From: Phycisphaerales bacterium
Lineage (GTDB): Bacteria > Planctomycetota > Phycisphaerae > Phycisphaerales > UBA1924
Assembly: GCA_036751825.1 (NCBI GenBank)
Contig: DAIOTV010000002.1
Location: 966 to 64,965 of the forward strand
Direction of reading: 5' to 3'
Length of the DNA: 64,000 nt
In this document: piece after piece, positions 16,341 to 25,340 of the stretch
Position numbering within the stretch: position 1 is the first letter of the stretch
Layout of the letters: each line of letters begins with the position of its first letter
Notes under the pieces: model-generated
The model's input: only the letters and a program-made list of their open reading frames with translations
Databases searched by the model: none
Told to the model about the DNA's origin: nothing
Program-made: the position numbers and the translations under genes

Positions 16341-19124
16341 ATGACGACCAGCCGACGTTGCCTCGCCCTCGCCGTGCTCGCCGCCGCGGGCTCTGCCTAC
16401 GGGCAGGGCCAGTACCCGCCCATGCTCCAATGGTTCGAGATGGAATGGCGGGACATGGAGTACCGCATCCCCGACTTCTTCCTCGCGGGCTACGGCACCA
16501 CCTGGCTCCCTCCGATCTCAAGGCCCGTTGCTCCCTCGGTCGCCAAGTCACCGGGCTTCGACCCGCTCGATCGCTTCGACCTCGACGGCACCACCTACGG
16601 CACCGAGCAGGATTTCCGCGCACTCGTGCAGGAGTTCCACGCCGCCGACGCGTTCGTCAATGTCGACCTGATCATGAACCACAACGGCTTCCGCCGCGCC
16701 GATCAGGGCTTCCACATCGAGGGCGGCTACCCGGGCTTCTGGGCCAACCCGCCCGCGGGCCGCGACTTCGTCCCCACCGACGATTGGGGCGAGTTCCACA
16801 ACTCGTTCACCAACGCGGGCTATCTGCAGTCGGAAGACCCCGGAGCTCCTCGGTACGATCTGTTCAACGGCGACCTTGTCGCGCTGATTGACATCGACCA
16901 GTTCTCACCCAGCCTGTTCATCCGCCAGCCGACCGACCCGACCAACCCGCTCAACATTCCCGCCGGCACGATCCGAAACCTGCCCGACCCGGACAACGCG
17001 CGGTTCTACCCCGACCGCAACCTCATCGGCGAGACCATCACCAACCCGGGCACGTTCCGCAACACCGCAAACTTCAGCCTGACGCGCTACCCGTGGAACC
17101 CGTTCAACGTCATGAACGGCGACCCGATCCTCGAAACGCCGGGCGACCTGCTCGTCCGGCACACACGCTGGCTGATGGAACAGATCGGCGTCGACGGCTT
17201 CCGCCTCGATGCCGCCAAGCACATCCCCTCGGCGTTCTGGGATCTGCAGTGGGACAACGCCGTGCACAACAACTGGGAGCATCCCAGCGGCGTGACCGTC
17301 ACGGCCTACAGCTTCGGCGAGAGCACGGCCGGCAACGGCTTCGTGTACGACCAGTACATCCGCCGCATCAACAACAACGTCCGCCAGGGCGACTCGTGGG
17401 GCAACCGCGACTCGCTCGATCTCGACGGCGCCGGTGCGCTGCGGAACCTCATCAACGCCAACGGCTTCGGCACCTGGCAGGACCCGCTCGACCGCCACTT
17501 CGACAACGTCGACGGCTTCAACGACGGATCGCTCGGTGTCAACCACGTCTTCAGCCACGACAACGGCAGCGTCGGCAACGGCAGCGAGCTGCCGCCCGAG
17601 CCCACCCGCCAGCAGATGGGCATCCCGCAGAACGTCTACGTCATGATGAGGCCGGGCCAGGGGCTCATCTACCAGAACGAGCGAGGGGTCAGCCGTCCCG
17701 CCGGCAACTTCAGCCCTCGCAACGGCGTGCCGATCGCCCTCGGTCGCGACCGGTCCACCGGCCAGCCCGACGACACCATCACCTCCGTCGTCCGACTCGC
17801 CAACGAGGTCGGCCGGGGCGACATCGACGTCACCTCGTACACCGATCCGGTCCAGCCCAACATCAACGATGTCTTCATCTTCGAGCGTCGCCAGCGTGGG
17901 GGGCCGGCCAATGTCCTGGTCGCGGTCAACGATCGCCGCAACGCTGGTTTTGAGACCCGCAATGTCGTGACGAATTTCGCGCCGGGCACCCGGCTCCACG
18001 AACAGACCGGCAACGCCGCGGACCCGATCGTCGATCCGAACAACGACATCCCCGAGGTGATCGTCGTCGGAGCCAACGGCCGGGTGACGGTCAGCGTGCC
18101 CAACAACGTGTCCACCGCCGGTGCGCACGAGAAGGGCTTTGTCATCTACACGCCCGCGCTGCCCACCGCCACGCTGACGGTCACGAATGTCACGGGCCAG
18201 CTGCCGCCCGAGCTTCCGTTCCTGCCGATCTACCGCAAGCGCATCAACCAGATCGACGTGGTCGAGGGCGCCACATTCGAGCTCCAGGTCACGACCACCC
18301 AGACAGACCCGCTCGATCCGAACACCGACGACAACGCGCTGTTCAAGATCAACCGGGGGTACATCGACCTCAACGGCAACGGCGCCGTCGACTTCCCGGT
18401 CGGGCTGCAGGACTTCAACAACAACGGCACGCTCGAGTTCCCGCAGGAAGAGACCCTGAACGGAGGCTTCGAGCAGTTCCTGACCGAGAACGCGCCGATC
18501 TTCGGCACCGGCAACACCACCGGCACCTATCGCCAGGTCATCAACGCCTCGCAGCTCGAGGACGGGTACAACTACATCACCGTCAACGTCTTCCGCCACC
18601 GCAGCGACGGCGGCGACCCGATCTTCCGCCAACTGCGGGAGGTCATCTACCTCGACAACGAGGCCCCGGGGATCGAGATCGTCGACCCGCCGAGCGTGAT
18701 CAACTCAAGCGGCGTGTCGTTCGACTTCCGTGCGCTCGACCGCACCGCCACGAGTGTCGTCGCCGCCATTGATATTCCCGACGGCGTCGATCCGGTCGAG
18801 TTCCTCCGCACCCGTCCGGCTGCGGCCCGCACGAACCGTTTCGACTGGGAGTTCGCGTTCCTGGGCCTGTCGCACGGCTTCCACACGCTCACGGTCGTGG
18901 CGTACGAACTGACCGGCAGGGGCGGCGTCACCGAGCACACGTTCTTCGTTGATACCTGCCTCGCCGATGTCAACATGGACGGCGTTGCCTCGCCCGCCGA
19001 CTTCAACTCATGGATCCTCGCCTTCAACAGCAACGATCCCAGGGCCGACCAGAACCAGGACGGCGTCATCTCGCCCGCCGACTTCAACGCGTGGATCGCC
19101 AACTTCAACGCCGGCTGCAACTGA
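16341..19124 (+). CDS. Secreted GH13 alpha-amylase with a long C-terminal extension and a tandem dockerin-like module pair
   Basis: ORF 16017..19124, with the start trimmed to MTTSRRCLALAVLAAAGSAYGQ (AGGAG 10 nt upstream). GH13 regions VDLIMNHNG, GVDGFRLDAAKHIP, FGES and VFSHDNG are present. The C-terminus is [55 protein letters not shown]. Confidence 0.88.
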   Translation: MTTSRRCLALAVLAAAGSAYGQGQYPPMLQWFEMEWRDMEYRIPDFFLAGYGTTWLPPISRPVAPSVAKSPGFDPLDRFDLDGTTYGTEQDFRALVQEFHAADAFVNVDLIMNHNGFRRADQGFHIEGGYPGFWANPPAGRDFVPTDDWGEFHNSFTNAGYLQSEDPGAPRYDLFNGDLVALIDIDQFSPSLFIRQPTDPTNPLNIPAGTIRNLPDPDNARFYPDRNLIGETITNPGTFRNTANFSLTRYPWNPFNVMNGDPILETPGDLLVRHTRWLMEQIGVDGFRLDAAKHIPSAFWDLQWDNAVHNNWEHPSGVTVTAYSFGESTAGNGFVYDQYIRRINNNVRQGDSWGNRDSLDLDGAGALRNLINANGFGTWQDPLDRHFDNVDGFNDGSLGVNHVFSHDNGSVGNGSELPPEPTRQQMGIPQNVYVMMRPGQGLIYQNERGVSRPAGNFSPRNGVPIALGRDRSTGQPDDTITSVVRLANEVGRGDIDVTSYTDPVQPNINDVFIFERRQRGGPANVLVAVNDRRNAGFETRNVVTNFAPGTRLHEQTGNAADPIVDPNNDIPEVIVVGANGRVTVSVPNNVSTAGAHEKGFVIYTPALPTATLTVTNVTGQLPPELPFLPIYRKRINQIDVVEGATFELQVTTTQTDPLDPNTDDNALFKINRGYIDLNGNGAVDFPVGLQDFNNNGTLEFPQEETLNGGFEQFLTENAPIFGTGNTTGTYRQVINASQLEDGYNYITVNVFRHRSDGGDPIFRQLREVIYLDNEAPGIEIVDPPSVINSSGVSFDFRALDRTATSVVAAIDIPDGVDPVEFLRTRPAAARTNRFDWEFAFLGLSHGFHTLTVVAYELTGRGGVTEHTFFVDTCLADVNMDGVASPADFNSWILAFNSNDPRADQNQDGVISPADFNAWIANFNAGCN
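18957..19124 (+). repeat. Tandem Cys-bracketed dockerin-like modules (coding)
   Basis: Two DxNxDG...PADFNxWIxxFN units bracketed by Cys residues at the amylase C-terminus. Confidence 0.85.
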
Positions 19125-19149
19125 CCCCGGCGATGACCACCCGCAACTG

Positions 19150-19187
19150 AAAAGGGCTGCCCTTCGCGGGGCAGCCCTTTGTCTTTC
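19150..19187. terminator. Bidirectional rho-independent terminator between the amylase and gap genes
   Basis: Hairpin AAAGGGCTGCCC/GGGCAGCCCTTT (19151-19180), flanked by an A-run upstream and TGTCTTT downstream. Confidence 0.7.
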
Positions 19188-19203
19188 ACGCCGGGCGCGA
19201 CGA

Positions 19204-20235
19204 TCAGTCCTTGCTGGCGATGTAGCGGATCATGTCGATGCAGCGGTTGGCGTAGCCGGCCTCGTTGTCGTACCAGCTGACGACCTTGAAGAAGTTGCTG
19301 TTGAGCTCGATGCCCGCCTTGGCGTCGTAGATCGAGCTGCGAGGGTCGCCGATGAAGTCGCTCGAGACGACCTCCTCCTCGGTGTAGCCGAGCACGCCCT
19401 GCATCGCGCCCTCGCTGGCGGCCTTCATGGCCGCGTTGATCGCGTCGAGGCTGGTGCTCTTGGCGGTTTTGAAGGTGAGGTCGACGGCGGAGACATCGGC
19501 GGTCGGGACGCGGAAGGCCATGCCGGTGAGCTTGCCCTTGAGGGCGGGGATGCACAGCGCGACGGCCTTGGCGGCGCCGGTGCTGGCGGGGATGATGTTC
19601 TGGTAGGCGTTGCGCCCGCCGCGCCAGTCCTTCTTGCTCGGCCCGTCCTGCGTGGGCTGCGTCGCGGTGGCGGCGTGGATGGTGGTCATGAGTCCTTCTT
19701 CGAGGCCGAACTCGTCGTTGATGACCTTGGCGATCGGGGCGAGACAGTTGGTGGTGCAGCTCGCGTTTGAGATCACGGTGTCGGCGCCGGGGTCGTACTG
19801 CTCGTGGTTGACCTTGTAGGCCATGGTCTTGATCGACTCGGGGCTCTTGGTCGGCGCGGAGATAACGACGCGTTTGGCCTTGCCGCCGTCGATGTGCTTG
19901 CGGGCGCCGTCGAGGTCGGTGAACAGGCCGGTGGACTCAAGGACGTAGTCGACGCCCATGTCGCCCCAGGGCAGCTCGCCGGGGTCGCGGACGGCCATGG
20001 TCCGGGTCGTGTAGCCGTTGACGGTGAAGCTGTCCTCGGTGGCGCTGACCTCGGCGGGCTTGCCGTCGATCATGAACCGGCCGTGCATGGTGTCGTACTT
20101 GAGCAGGTACGCGAGGTTGTCCGCGGGGACGAGGTCGTTGATGCCGACGACCTCGAAGTCCTTCGAGGCGGCGGCGGCGCGGTAGACGAGCCGGCCGATG
20201 CGTCCGAAGCCGTTGATTCCGATCTTGATCGCCAT
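19204..20235 (-). CDS. gap: Type I glyceraldehyde-3-phosphate dehydrogenase
   Basis: [18 protein letters not shown]-terminus and active site [10 protein letters not shown]. Start trimmed from ORF 19204..20316. Confidence 0.95.
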   Translation of the reverse strand: MAIKIGINGFGRIGRLVYRAAAASKDFEVVGINDLVPADNLAYLLKYDTMHGRFMIDGKPAEVSATEDSFTVNGYTTRTMAVRDPGELPWGDMGVDYVLESTGLFTDLDGARKHIDGGKAKRVVISAPTKSPESIKTMAYKVNHEQYDPGADTVISNASCTTNCLAPIAKVINDEFGLEEGLMTTIHAATATQPTQDGPSKKDWRGGRNAYQNIIPASTGAAKAVALCIPALKGKLTGMAFRVPTADVSAVDLTFKTAKSTSLDAINAAMKAASEGAMQGVLGYTEEEVVSSDFIGDPRSSIYDAKAGIELNSNFFKVVSWYDNEAGYANRCIDMIRYIASKD

Positions 20236-20367
20236 GGGTGCGCTCCAGTGTGTCTCGAGGGCGCCGGTGGACGCCGGTTTCGGTGCTCGGGGCTCTCTCG
20301 CCCTCCGACCGAGCAACGGTAGAACGCGCGTGGAATTCTGTCTATGCCCGCGTCCCGTGTATGCGCT

Positions 20368-21690
20368 TCAGGGCCTGGCCGACGAAAGGCGATCCATCGC
20401 CACGCGCCCTCCGACGACGGTCAGCACCGGGCGGGCCCTGAACGACCGGCCGACAAAGGGTGAATTCGCGCCCTTGCCCGCGATCGCACCCCGGTCGAAG
20501 GTCCACCGTCGGTCCGGGTCGATCACGGTGATGTCGGCCGGGCCGCCGACGCGCAGCTCGCCGAGTCCGTCGTCGCCGCGGTGAACCCGATCCAGATTGC
20601 ACAACCGGGCGGGGTTGATGGTGAGCCGCTCGATCAGCCCGGGCCAGTCGATCAGGCCCGACTCGACGAGCGCCTCGGCATACGCGGCGACGGCCGACTC
20701 GAGCCCGATGATGCCGAACGGGGCCTCGCCGAATGGGAGCTGCTTCTCGTCGGCGGTGTGCGGCGCGTGATCGGTCGCGAGCACCGTGATCACACCGCTG
20801 GCCACGCCCTCACGGATCGTGTCCAAGTCCGATGTCTCCCGCAGGGGCGGGTTCATCTTGGCGTTGGTGTCGTACCCAAGGCACGCGTCGTGCGTCAGCA
20901 GCAGGTGGTGGGGGGACGCCTCGGCCGACACGGGCAGCCCCATCTCGCGCGCGATGCGGATGATCTCCACCGAGCCTCCCGACGACAGATGCTGCACGTG
21001 GTATCGGCAGCCGGTGTCCCGCACGAGCCGCACATCCCGCTCGATGATGATCTCCTCGGCGACACGCGGCCAGCCGGTCAGCCCGAGCCGCGTGCTGATC
21101 TCCCCGGCGTGCATCGACGCCCCGCGGGTCAGGCTCGGCTCCTGGCAGTGCTGCATGAACGCGAGGCCCGTGGCCGCCGTGGCGCGGAGCACCGAACGCA
21201 TCATGCCCGCGGACTCGATGACGTCGCCGTCGTCGCTGATGCCGACGGCCCCCGCCCCGGCGAGCAGGCGGATCTCAGTCATGCGCTCGCCCCGGCGCCC
21301 GACCGTGCCCGCGGCGACGGCGAACACCCGGCAGGCCGCGGTCTGCCTCGCCCGGTCGCGGACGAAGCTGAGGATCTCGGGCGAGTCGAGCGTGGGGCTC
21401 GTGTTGGGCATGCAGCAGACGGTGGTAAACCCGCCGGCGACGGCGGCCGCGGTGCCGGTCGCGATCGTTTCCTTGTCCTCGTGCCCCGGCTCGCGCAGGT
21501 GCACATGGGGGTCGATCAGGCCGGGGCAGACGATCAGGCCCGAGGCGTCGAAGACCGCGTCGGCGTCGTCGGCCGAAAGGCCGGGACCGATGGCACGGAT
21601 CCGTCCGTCGCGCACGGCGACATCCGCGGAGGCATCCAGCCCGCTCGCCGGGTCGATGACCCGCCCGCCCTGAATCAGCAGACCCCTCAT
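20368..21690 (-). CDS. pyrC: Dihydroorotase (multifunctional-complex type)
   Basis: PGLIDPHVHLREPG and ATDHAPH motifs. Start trimmed to MRGLLIQGGRVIDP. Confidence 0.9.
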   Translation of the reverse strand: MRGLLIQGGRVIDPASGLDASADVAVRDGRIRAIGPGLSADDADAVFDASGLIVCPGLIDPHVHLREPGHEDKETIATGTAAAVAGGFTTVCCMPNTSPTLDSPEILSFVRDRARQTAACRVFAVAAGTVGRRGERMTEIRLLAGAGAVGISDDGDVIESAGMMRSVLRATAATGLAFMQHCQEPSLTRGASMHAGEISTRLGLTGWPRVAEEIIIERDVRLVRDTGCRYHVQHLSSGGSVEIIRIAREMGLPVSAEASPHHLLLTHDACLGYDTNAKMNPPLRETSDLDTIREGVASGVITVLATDHAPHTADEKQLPFGEAPFGIIGLESAVAAYAEALVESGLIDWPGLIERLTINPARLCNLDRVHRGDDGLGELRVGGPADITVIDPDRRWTFDRGAIAGKGANSPFVGRSFRARPVLTVVGGRVAMDRLSSARP

Positions 21691-21818
21691 CGCCCCGAGG
21701 GTATCCAACCGGGACGGGCCTCGAACGCGGCGTCCGGGCGAGGGAGGCCCGCCCAACGAAGGGGGCTTCTGGGTCGGCGTGACCGGGTGACGAGAGCGGG
21801 CTACCCTGCACCACGCTC

Positions 21819-21893
21819 CGGGGCGTGGCGCAGTTTGGTTAGCGCGTTTGACTGGGGGTCAAAAGGTCGCTGGTTCGAATCCAGTCGCCCCGA
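21819..21893 (+). tRNA. tRNA-Pro (anticodon GGG), CCA not encoded
   Basis: Hand-folded cloverleaf. Acceptor CGGGGCG/CGCCCCG. D arm GCGC-AGTTTGGTTA-GCGC. Anticodon arm TTTGA-CTGGGGG-TCAAA (anticodon GGG). T arm GCTGG-TTCGAAT-CCAGT. Discriminator A. Confidence 0.9.
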
Positions 21894-21910
21894 TTCAGAT
21901 TGGAACAGGT

Positions 21911-23401
21911 TCAGATGGGTTCGGCGGCATGCTTCACCGCGGGGGGCGTTGAAGCACCGCGGAACCCGCAATCCGGCCGGGCCTTCTCGAGCAGAATGAA
22001 CAGCGCGTTGTTGACGAACGTCGGATGACGGGTCAGCAGCATGTGGTCCGTGGGGACGAAGGTCACCGCGTCCCACCGGATCGGCGTGACGACGCGGGGA
22101 ACACCCTTCATGCCCCGGCGCTCGTCCATGAGGGCACTCGACCGCAGCACCGTGCCGTCGCCGTAGTCCCGCTCGAGCACCCGGTAGCCGGTCTTGCCCG
22201 CGCCGACCTCGGCCCGGCTCGGGGTCAGCACGCCGTCGCCCGCGAACAGATGCATCGCCACATCGCTGGGCGCGTTCGCGGGCCGATCGAGTGCGTCGTG
22301 AAACTGCCTGGTTTCCTGCAGGCATCTGGCCAGATGGTCGAGCGCGATCCGCCGGCGATCCTTGGAGTCGGCAAGGTGGGGCAGCAGCACCTTCAAGATT
22401 TCGTCCGCTTCGGGGTCGGCCAGACCCCAGCGGTTCCGCTCCCAGCATTCCACCGAGAGCAGGTCGTCGATCGGCTTGCCGGTCCCGGGCTCGACGAAGG
22501 GATGGTGCCGCGTCCGCGGCATGAGCTGGTAGATCGACGGGTAGGTGCAGAGGGTCACCGGGTGATAGCCCGGCGTGGCCGGTGACTCGGGAAGCCCCGT
22601 GATCAGCCGCTCGAGCCCGCCCAACGAACCCGCGTTGGGTGTGCCGACGATGATCGCGTGCTCGATTTTCTTTGCGCCCTCCCAGGTGAGTTCGGGCAGC
22701 GACCCGTCATCGGGCAGGCACTGGGTGCCGTAGCGCAGGTAGTATCGCAGGAGCAGCCCGGCCATCGAGTGGGCGACGATGTCGACCCGCAGGTTGTCCC
22801 TCGCCTTGCCGCCCGCGTCGTAGGTGGCGAACTCCAGGACGCCGTCGATGAACGCGTCGAATCGCTTCATGTTGTCGACGACGGATCGCCGCCAGTCGTA
22901 TGAGAACTCGAAGCAGTTGGCGATGGCACGGTGGTTGTAGTTGAGCGCGAGCTTCCTGCCGGATCTCTTGGAGTCGTCGAGCGTGAAGCCGCCGACGCCG
23001 AGCATCTGGAGGATGGGCCCGTACGCCTGGACGTTCAGCGGGAAGCCGAGCACCCTTGCGCGGAGCTGGTTGATGCTCCCGTCTGAGCTTGTCTCGTCGA
23101 GTCGTTCGCGGAGGGGGGACTCGAACGGCTCCATGGGCAGGGTGATCGCCCTGAGCTGATCGGGATCGTTGGGGTCCGCGAACTCGCGTTTGGTCGAGCC
23201 GCCCCAGAGCACGCGTCCGGAAGGCCTGTCGCGCAGCCGCGAGCCCATGATGCCTGGGATGACGACCACCGGGTTCCGGGTGGAGGCGTCCTGGTGCGTG
23301 GCGTGGCCGTACAGATCGTGAGCGCGCGGGAACGCCGCGCGCGAGACGGTGCCCGCGAGCCAGACCTTCAGGTTGTGCGCTTTGGCTTTGAAGTCGTCCA
23401 T
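21911..23401 (-). CDS. Alpha/beta-hydrolase, LCAT/PGAP1-like lipase or acyltransferase family
   Basis: PVVVIPGIMGSRL oxyanion-region motif and nucleophile elbow AHSMAG. No obvious signal peptide. Confidence 0.65.
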   Translation of the reverse strand: MDDFKAKAHNLKVWLAGTVSRAAFPRAHDLYGHATHQDASTRNPVVVIPGIMGSRLRDRPSGRVLWGGSTKREFADPNDPDQLRAITLPMEPFESPLRERLDETSSDGSINQLRARVLGFPLNVQAYGPILQMLGVGGFTLDDSKRSGRKLALNYNHRAIANCFEFSYDWRRSVVDNMKRFDAFIDGVLEFATYDAGGKARDNLRVDIVAHSMAGLLLRYYLRYGTQCLPDDGSLPELTWEGAKKIEHAIIVGTPNAGSLGGLERLITGLPESPATPGYHPVTLCTYPSIYQLMPRTRHHPFVEPGTGKPIDDLLSVECWERNRWGLADPEADEILKVLLPHLADSKDRRRIALDHLARCLQETRQFHDALDRPANAPSDVAMHLFAGDGVLTPSRAEVGAGKTGYRVLERDYGDGTVLRSSALMDERRGMKGVPRVVTPIRWDAVTFVPTDHMLLTRHPTFVNNALFILLEKARPDCGFRGASTPPAVKHAAEPI

Positions 23402-23423
23402 GGTGGTTCAGCGAAGCGAGGCT

Positions 23424-23443
23424 GTACGGTCCGAGAACCGTAC
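23424..23443. promoter_or_regulatory. Inverted repeat GTACGGT-N6-ACCGTAC in the divergent lipase/kinase intergenic region
   Basis: Read directly. 7-bp perfect arms. Confidence 0.25.
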
Positions 23444-23528
23444 GCCCTCGAGATGCGGGCGGTCGGGGCTGAAGTCATCTTCTCAGCGGCCGATATCTCG
23501 GGTGACCGCAAGCGGAGGGCGGGCACCG

Positions 23529-24992
23529 ATGGGCAACGGAGCATCCGGAGAAACGCGTCAGGCGGGCAATCTGTTCGCGCGCACCGTTCCGGGGGGCCGC
23601 GTCCTGATCGCGGGTCTCGCCGGCCTTGTCCCCCTGTCGGGGGCCGCGCTGGTGGCCATCGACGCCCGAGCGGCGGGATCGATTGACTGGATCCTGCTCG
23701 GCTCGGCGGGCGCGTTCGCCGGGCTCTCGGCGTTTGTGCTTATGCGGGCGTTGAAGCGGCTGCGATGCCTTGCCGCCGTGGCCGACGCCGTGCGCACCGC
23801 CACGCTGCCTCACGCGACGGTGGGAGAGCTCCGGGTCGACTCGACGCTCGGCAGAACCGCGGACGCGTGGAACGAACTGATCGAGCGGCTGCTGAGCGGC
23901 AGCGTGTCTCAGGGGATCGAGCCATCGCGAGACCAGTCGGGCGATCCGGTCATCGACGCCCTCGCCGAGGGCGTCCTGGTCGTCGACGGCGACCTGCGGA
24001 TCCTCGCGTCAAATCCCGCGGCCGCCGCGTTGCTGACCGGCGAATCCGACCCGGCGACGGGCTGTTCCCTCACCGATCTCGAGCCGGCGGACCTGGCAGC
24101 GATTGCCCGAACCGTTCTCGCCGGCGGCCCGGTTCGGCGTGAAACCATCGAGTGCGGCACCGAAGCCTCGCCGCAGGTCCTCCGTGTGCGCGTCGCACGC
24201 GCCGCCGGCCTGGCCGATCGAGCCGTCATGACGCTCACCGACATCACCCGGCAGTCCGTCGCCGAGGCGTCGCGCGGCGGATTCCTCGCCCGTGCCACCC
24301 ACGAACTGCGGGCACCGCTTACAAACATCAAGCTCTACGCCGAGCAGGCGATCGAAGAGGGCGACGAGGATCCGCAGCTTCGGCAGGAAGCCCTGAACGT
24401 GATCGGGCGGGAGGTCCTGCGCCTGGAGCGCACCGTGGGCGATCTGCTCCGCGTGTCCGAGCTCGAAAGCGGCGCCCTCCGCGGCTCACGCACGGAAGTG
24501 CAGGTGGCGGACATGCTCTCCGAGATCCGGAGCGCATTCACGGCCGCCGCGGACGCGAAGTCCATCGGGCTGACTCTCGACGCGCCTCCGAAGCTGCCTC
24601 TGCTGTACGGCGACCGGGATCACATCGAGCTGGTCATCCAGAACCTCGTCGGCAACGCCATCAAGTACACCCCGGAAGGCGGCACCGTGCTCATCCGCGC
24701 CGATGCGGACGAGTTCGAGTTCACGCTCGAGGTGATCGATGACGGCATCGGCATCGCGCCGCAGGAGATCCCGCTCGTCTTCGAGACCTTCTTCCGCTCG
24801 GACGACGCCCGCGTCACCGAGACCCAAGGGTCAGGCCTGGGGCTCTCGCTCGCCCGCCAGCTCGCCCGGCAGCACGGCGGGGACGTCACGCTCGAATCGG
24901 AGCTGAACCGCGGCAGCACGTTCACGCTGCGCCTCCCGGTGGGCAACCGTGAATCGCAGCCCTCGATGCCGTCCGACAGGCAGGCGGCCTAA
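23529..24992 (+). CDS. Membrane sensor histidine kinase (2 TM, PAS, HisKA, HATPase_c)
   Basis: H-box ATHELRAPLT, N-box LVGNAIKYTP, G1 DDGIGI and G2 GSGLGLSL. PAS-like IDALAEGVLVVDGDLRILASNPAAAALL. Start trimmed to MGNGASGE (GGAGGG upstream). Confidence 0.85.
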   Translation: MGNGASGETRQAGNLFARTVPGGRVLIAGLAGLVPLSGAALVAIDARAAGSIDWILLGSAGAFAGLSAFVLMRALKRLRCLAAVADAVRTATLPHATVGELRVDSTLGRTADAWNELIERLLSGSVSQGIEPSRDQSGDPVIDALAEGVLVVDGDLRILASNPAAAALLTGESDPATGCSLTDLEPADLAAIARTVLAGGPVRRETIECGTEASPQVLRVRVARAAGLADRAVMTLTDITRQSVAEASRGGFLARATHELRAPLTNIKLYAEQAIEEGDEDPQLRQEALNVIGREVLRLERTVGDLLRVSELESGALRGSRTEVQVADMLSEIRSAFTAAADAKSIGLTLDAPPKLPLLYGDRDHIELVIQNLVGNAIKYTPEGGTVLIRADADEFEFTLEVIDDGIGIAPQEIPLVFETFFRSDDARVTETQGSGLGLSLARQLARQHGGDVTLESELNRGSTFTLRLPVGNRESQPSMPSDRQAA

Positions 24993-25004
24993 GGGGGAGC
25001 AAGC

Positions 25005-25340
25005 GTGCAGATTGACGAGCACAGCCAGGCCGCCGTCACGGTGCTCACGCCGCGCGGCCCTCTGACCGGAGACGACGCCGCGTTGCTCGCCGTGCGCGTC
25101 GACGCGGCTGCGGCGCAGCAGCGGGGGCGCGTCGTCGTGGATCTGTCGCACGTGTCGTTCGTCGACAGCGCCGGGCTTGAAGCGATCGTGACCCTCGGCG
25201 AGCGGTTCGAGAGGATCGCACGCAGCCTCAAGCTGTGCTGTGTCAACGAGACACTCCGCGAAGTGCTGGACCTCACGGAGGTTGACTCGTACTGCGAACT
25301 CTTCGAGGACACCTCCGCGGCCGTGAGGAGCTTCGAATGA
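25005..25340 (+). CDS. STAS-domain protein (anti-sigma-factor-antagonist family)
   Basis: VVVDLSHVSFVDSAGLEAIV, with the conserved phosphorylatable Ser in DSAGL. GTG start preceded by AAGGGGGA. Its stop overlaps the ATG of the secretion ATPase (ATGA). Confidence 0.85.
   Translation: MQIDEHSQAAVTVLTPRGPLTGDDAALLAVRVDAAAAQQRGRVVVDLSHVSFVDSAGLEAIVTLGERFERIARSLKLCCVNETLREVLDLTEVDSYCELFEDTSAAVRSFE

Noticed and set aside
21819-21893. tRNA-Pro as an integration hotspot or genomic-island boundary
   Set aside because: There is no integrase, recombinase or phage gene on either side. By eye I found no direct repeat of the tRNA 3' end nearby, and there is no compositional break.
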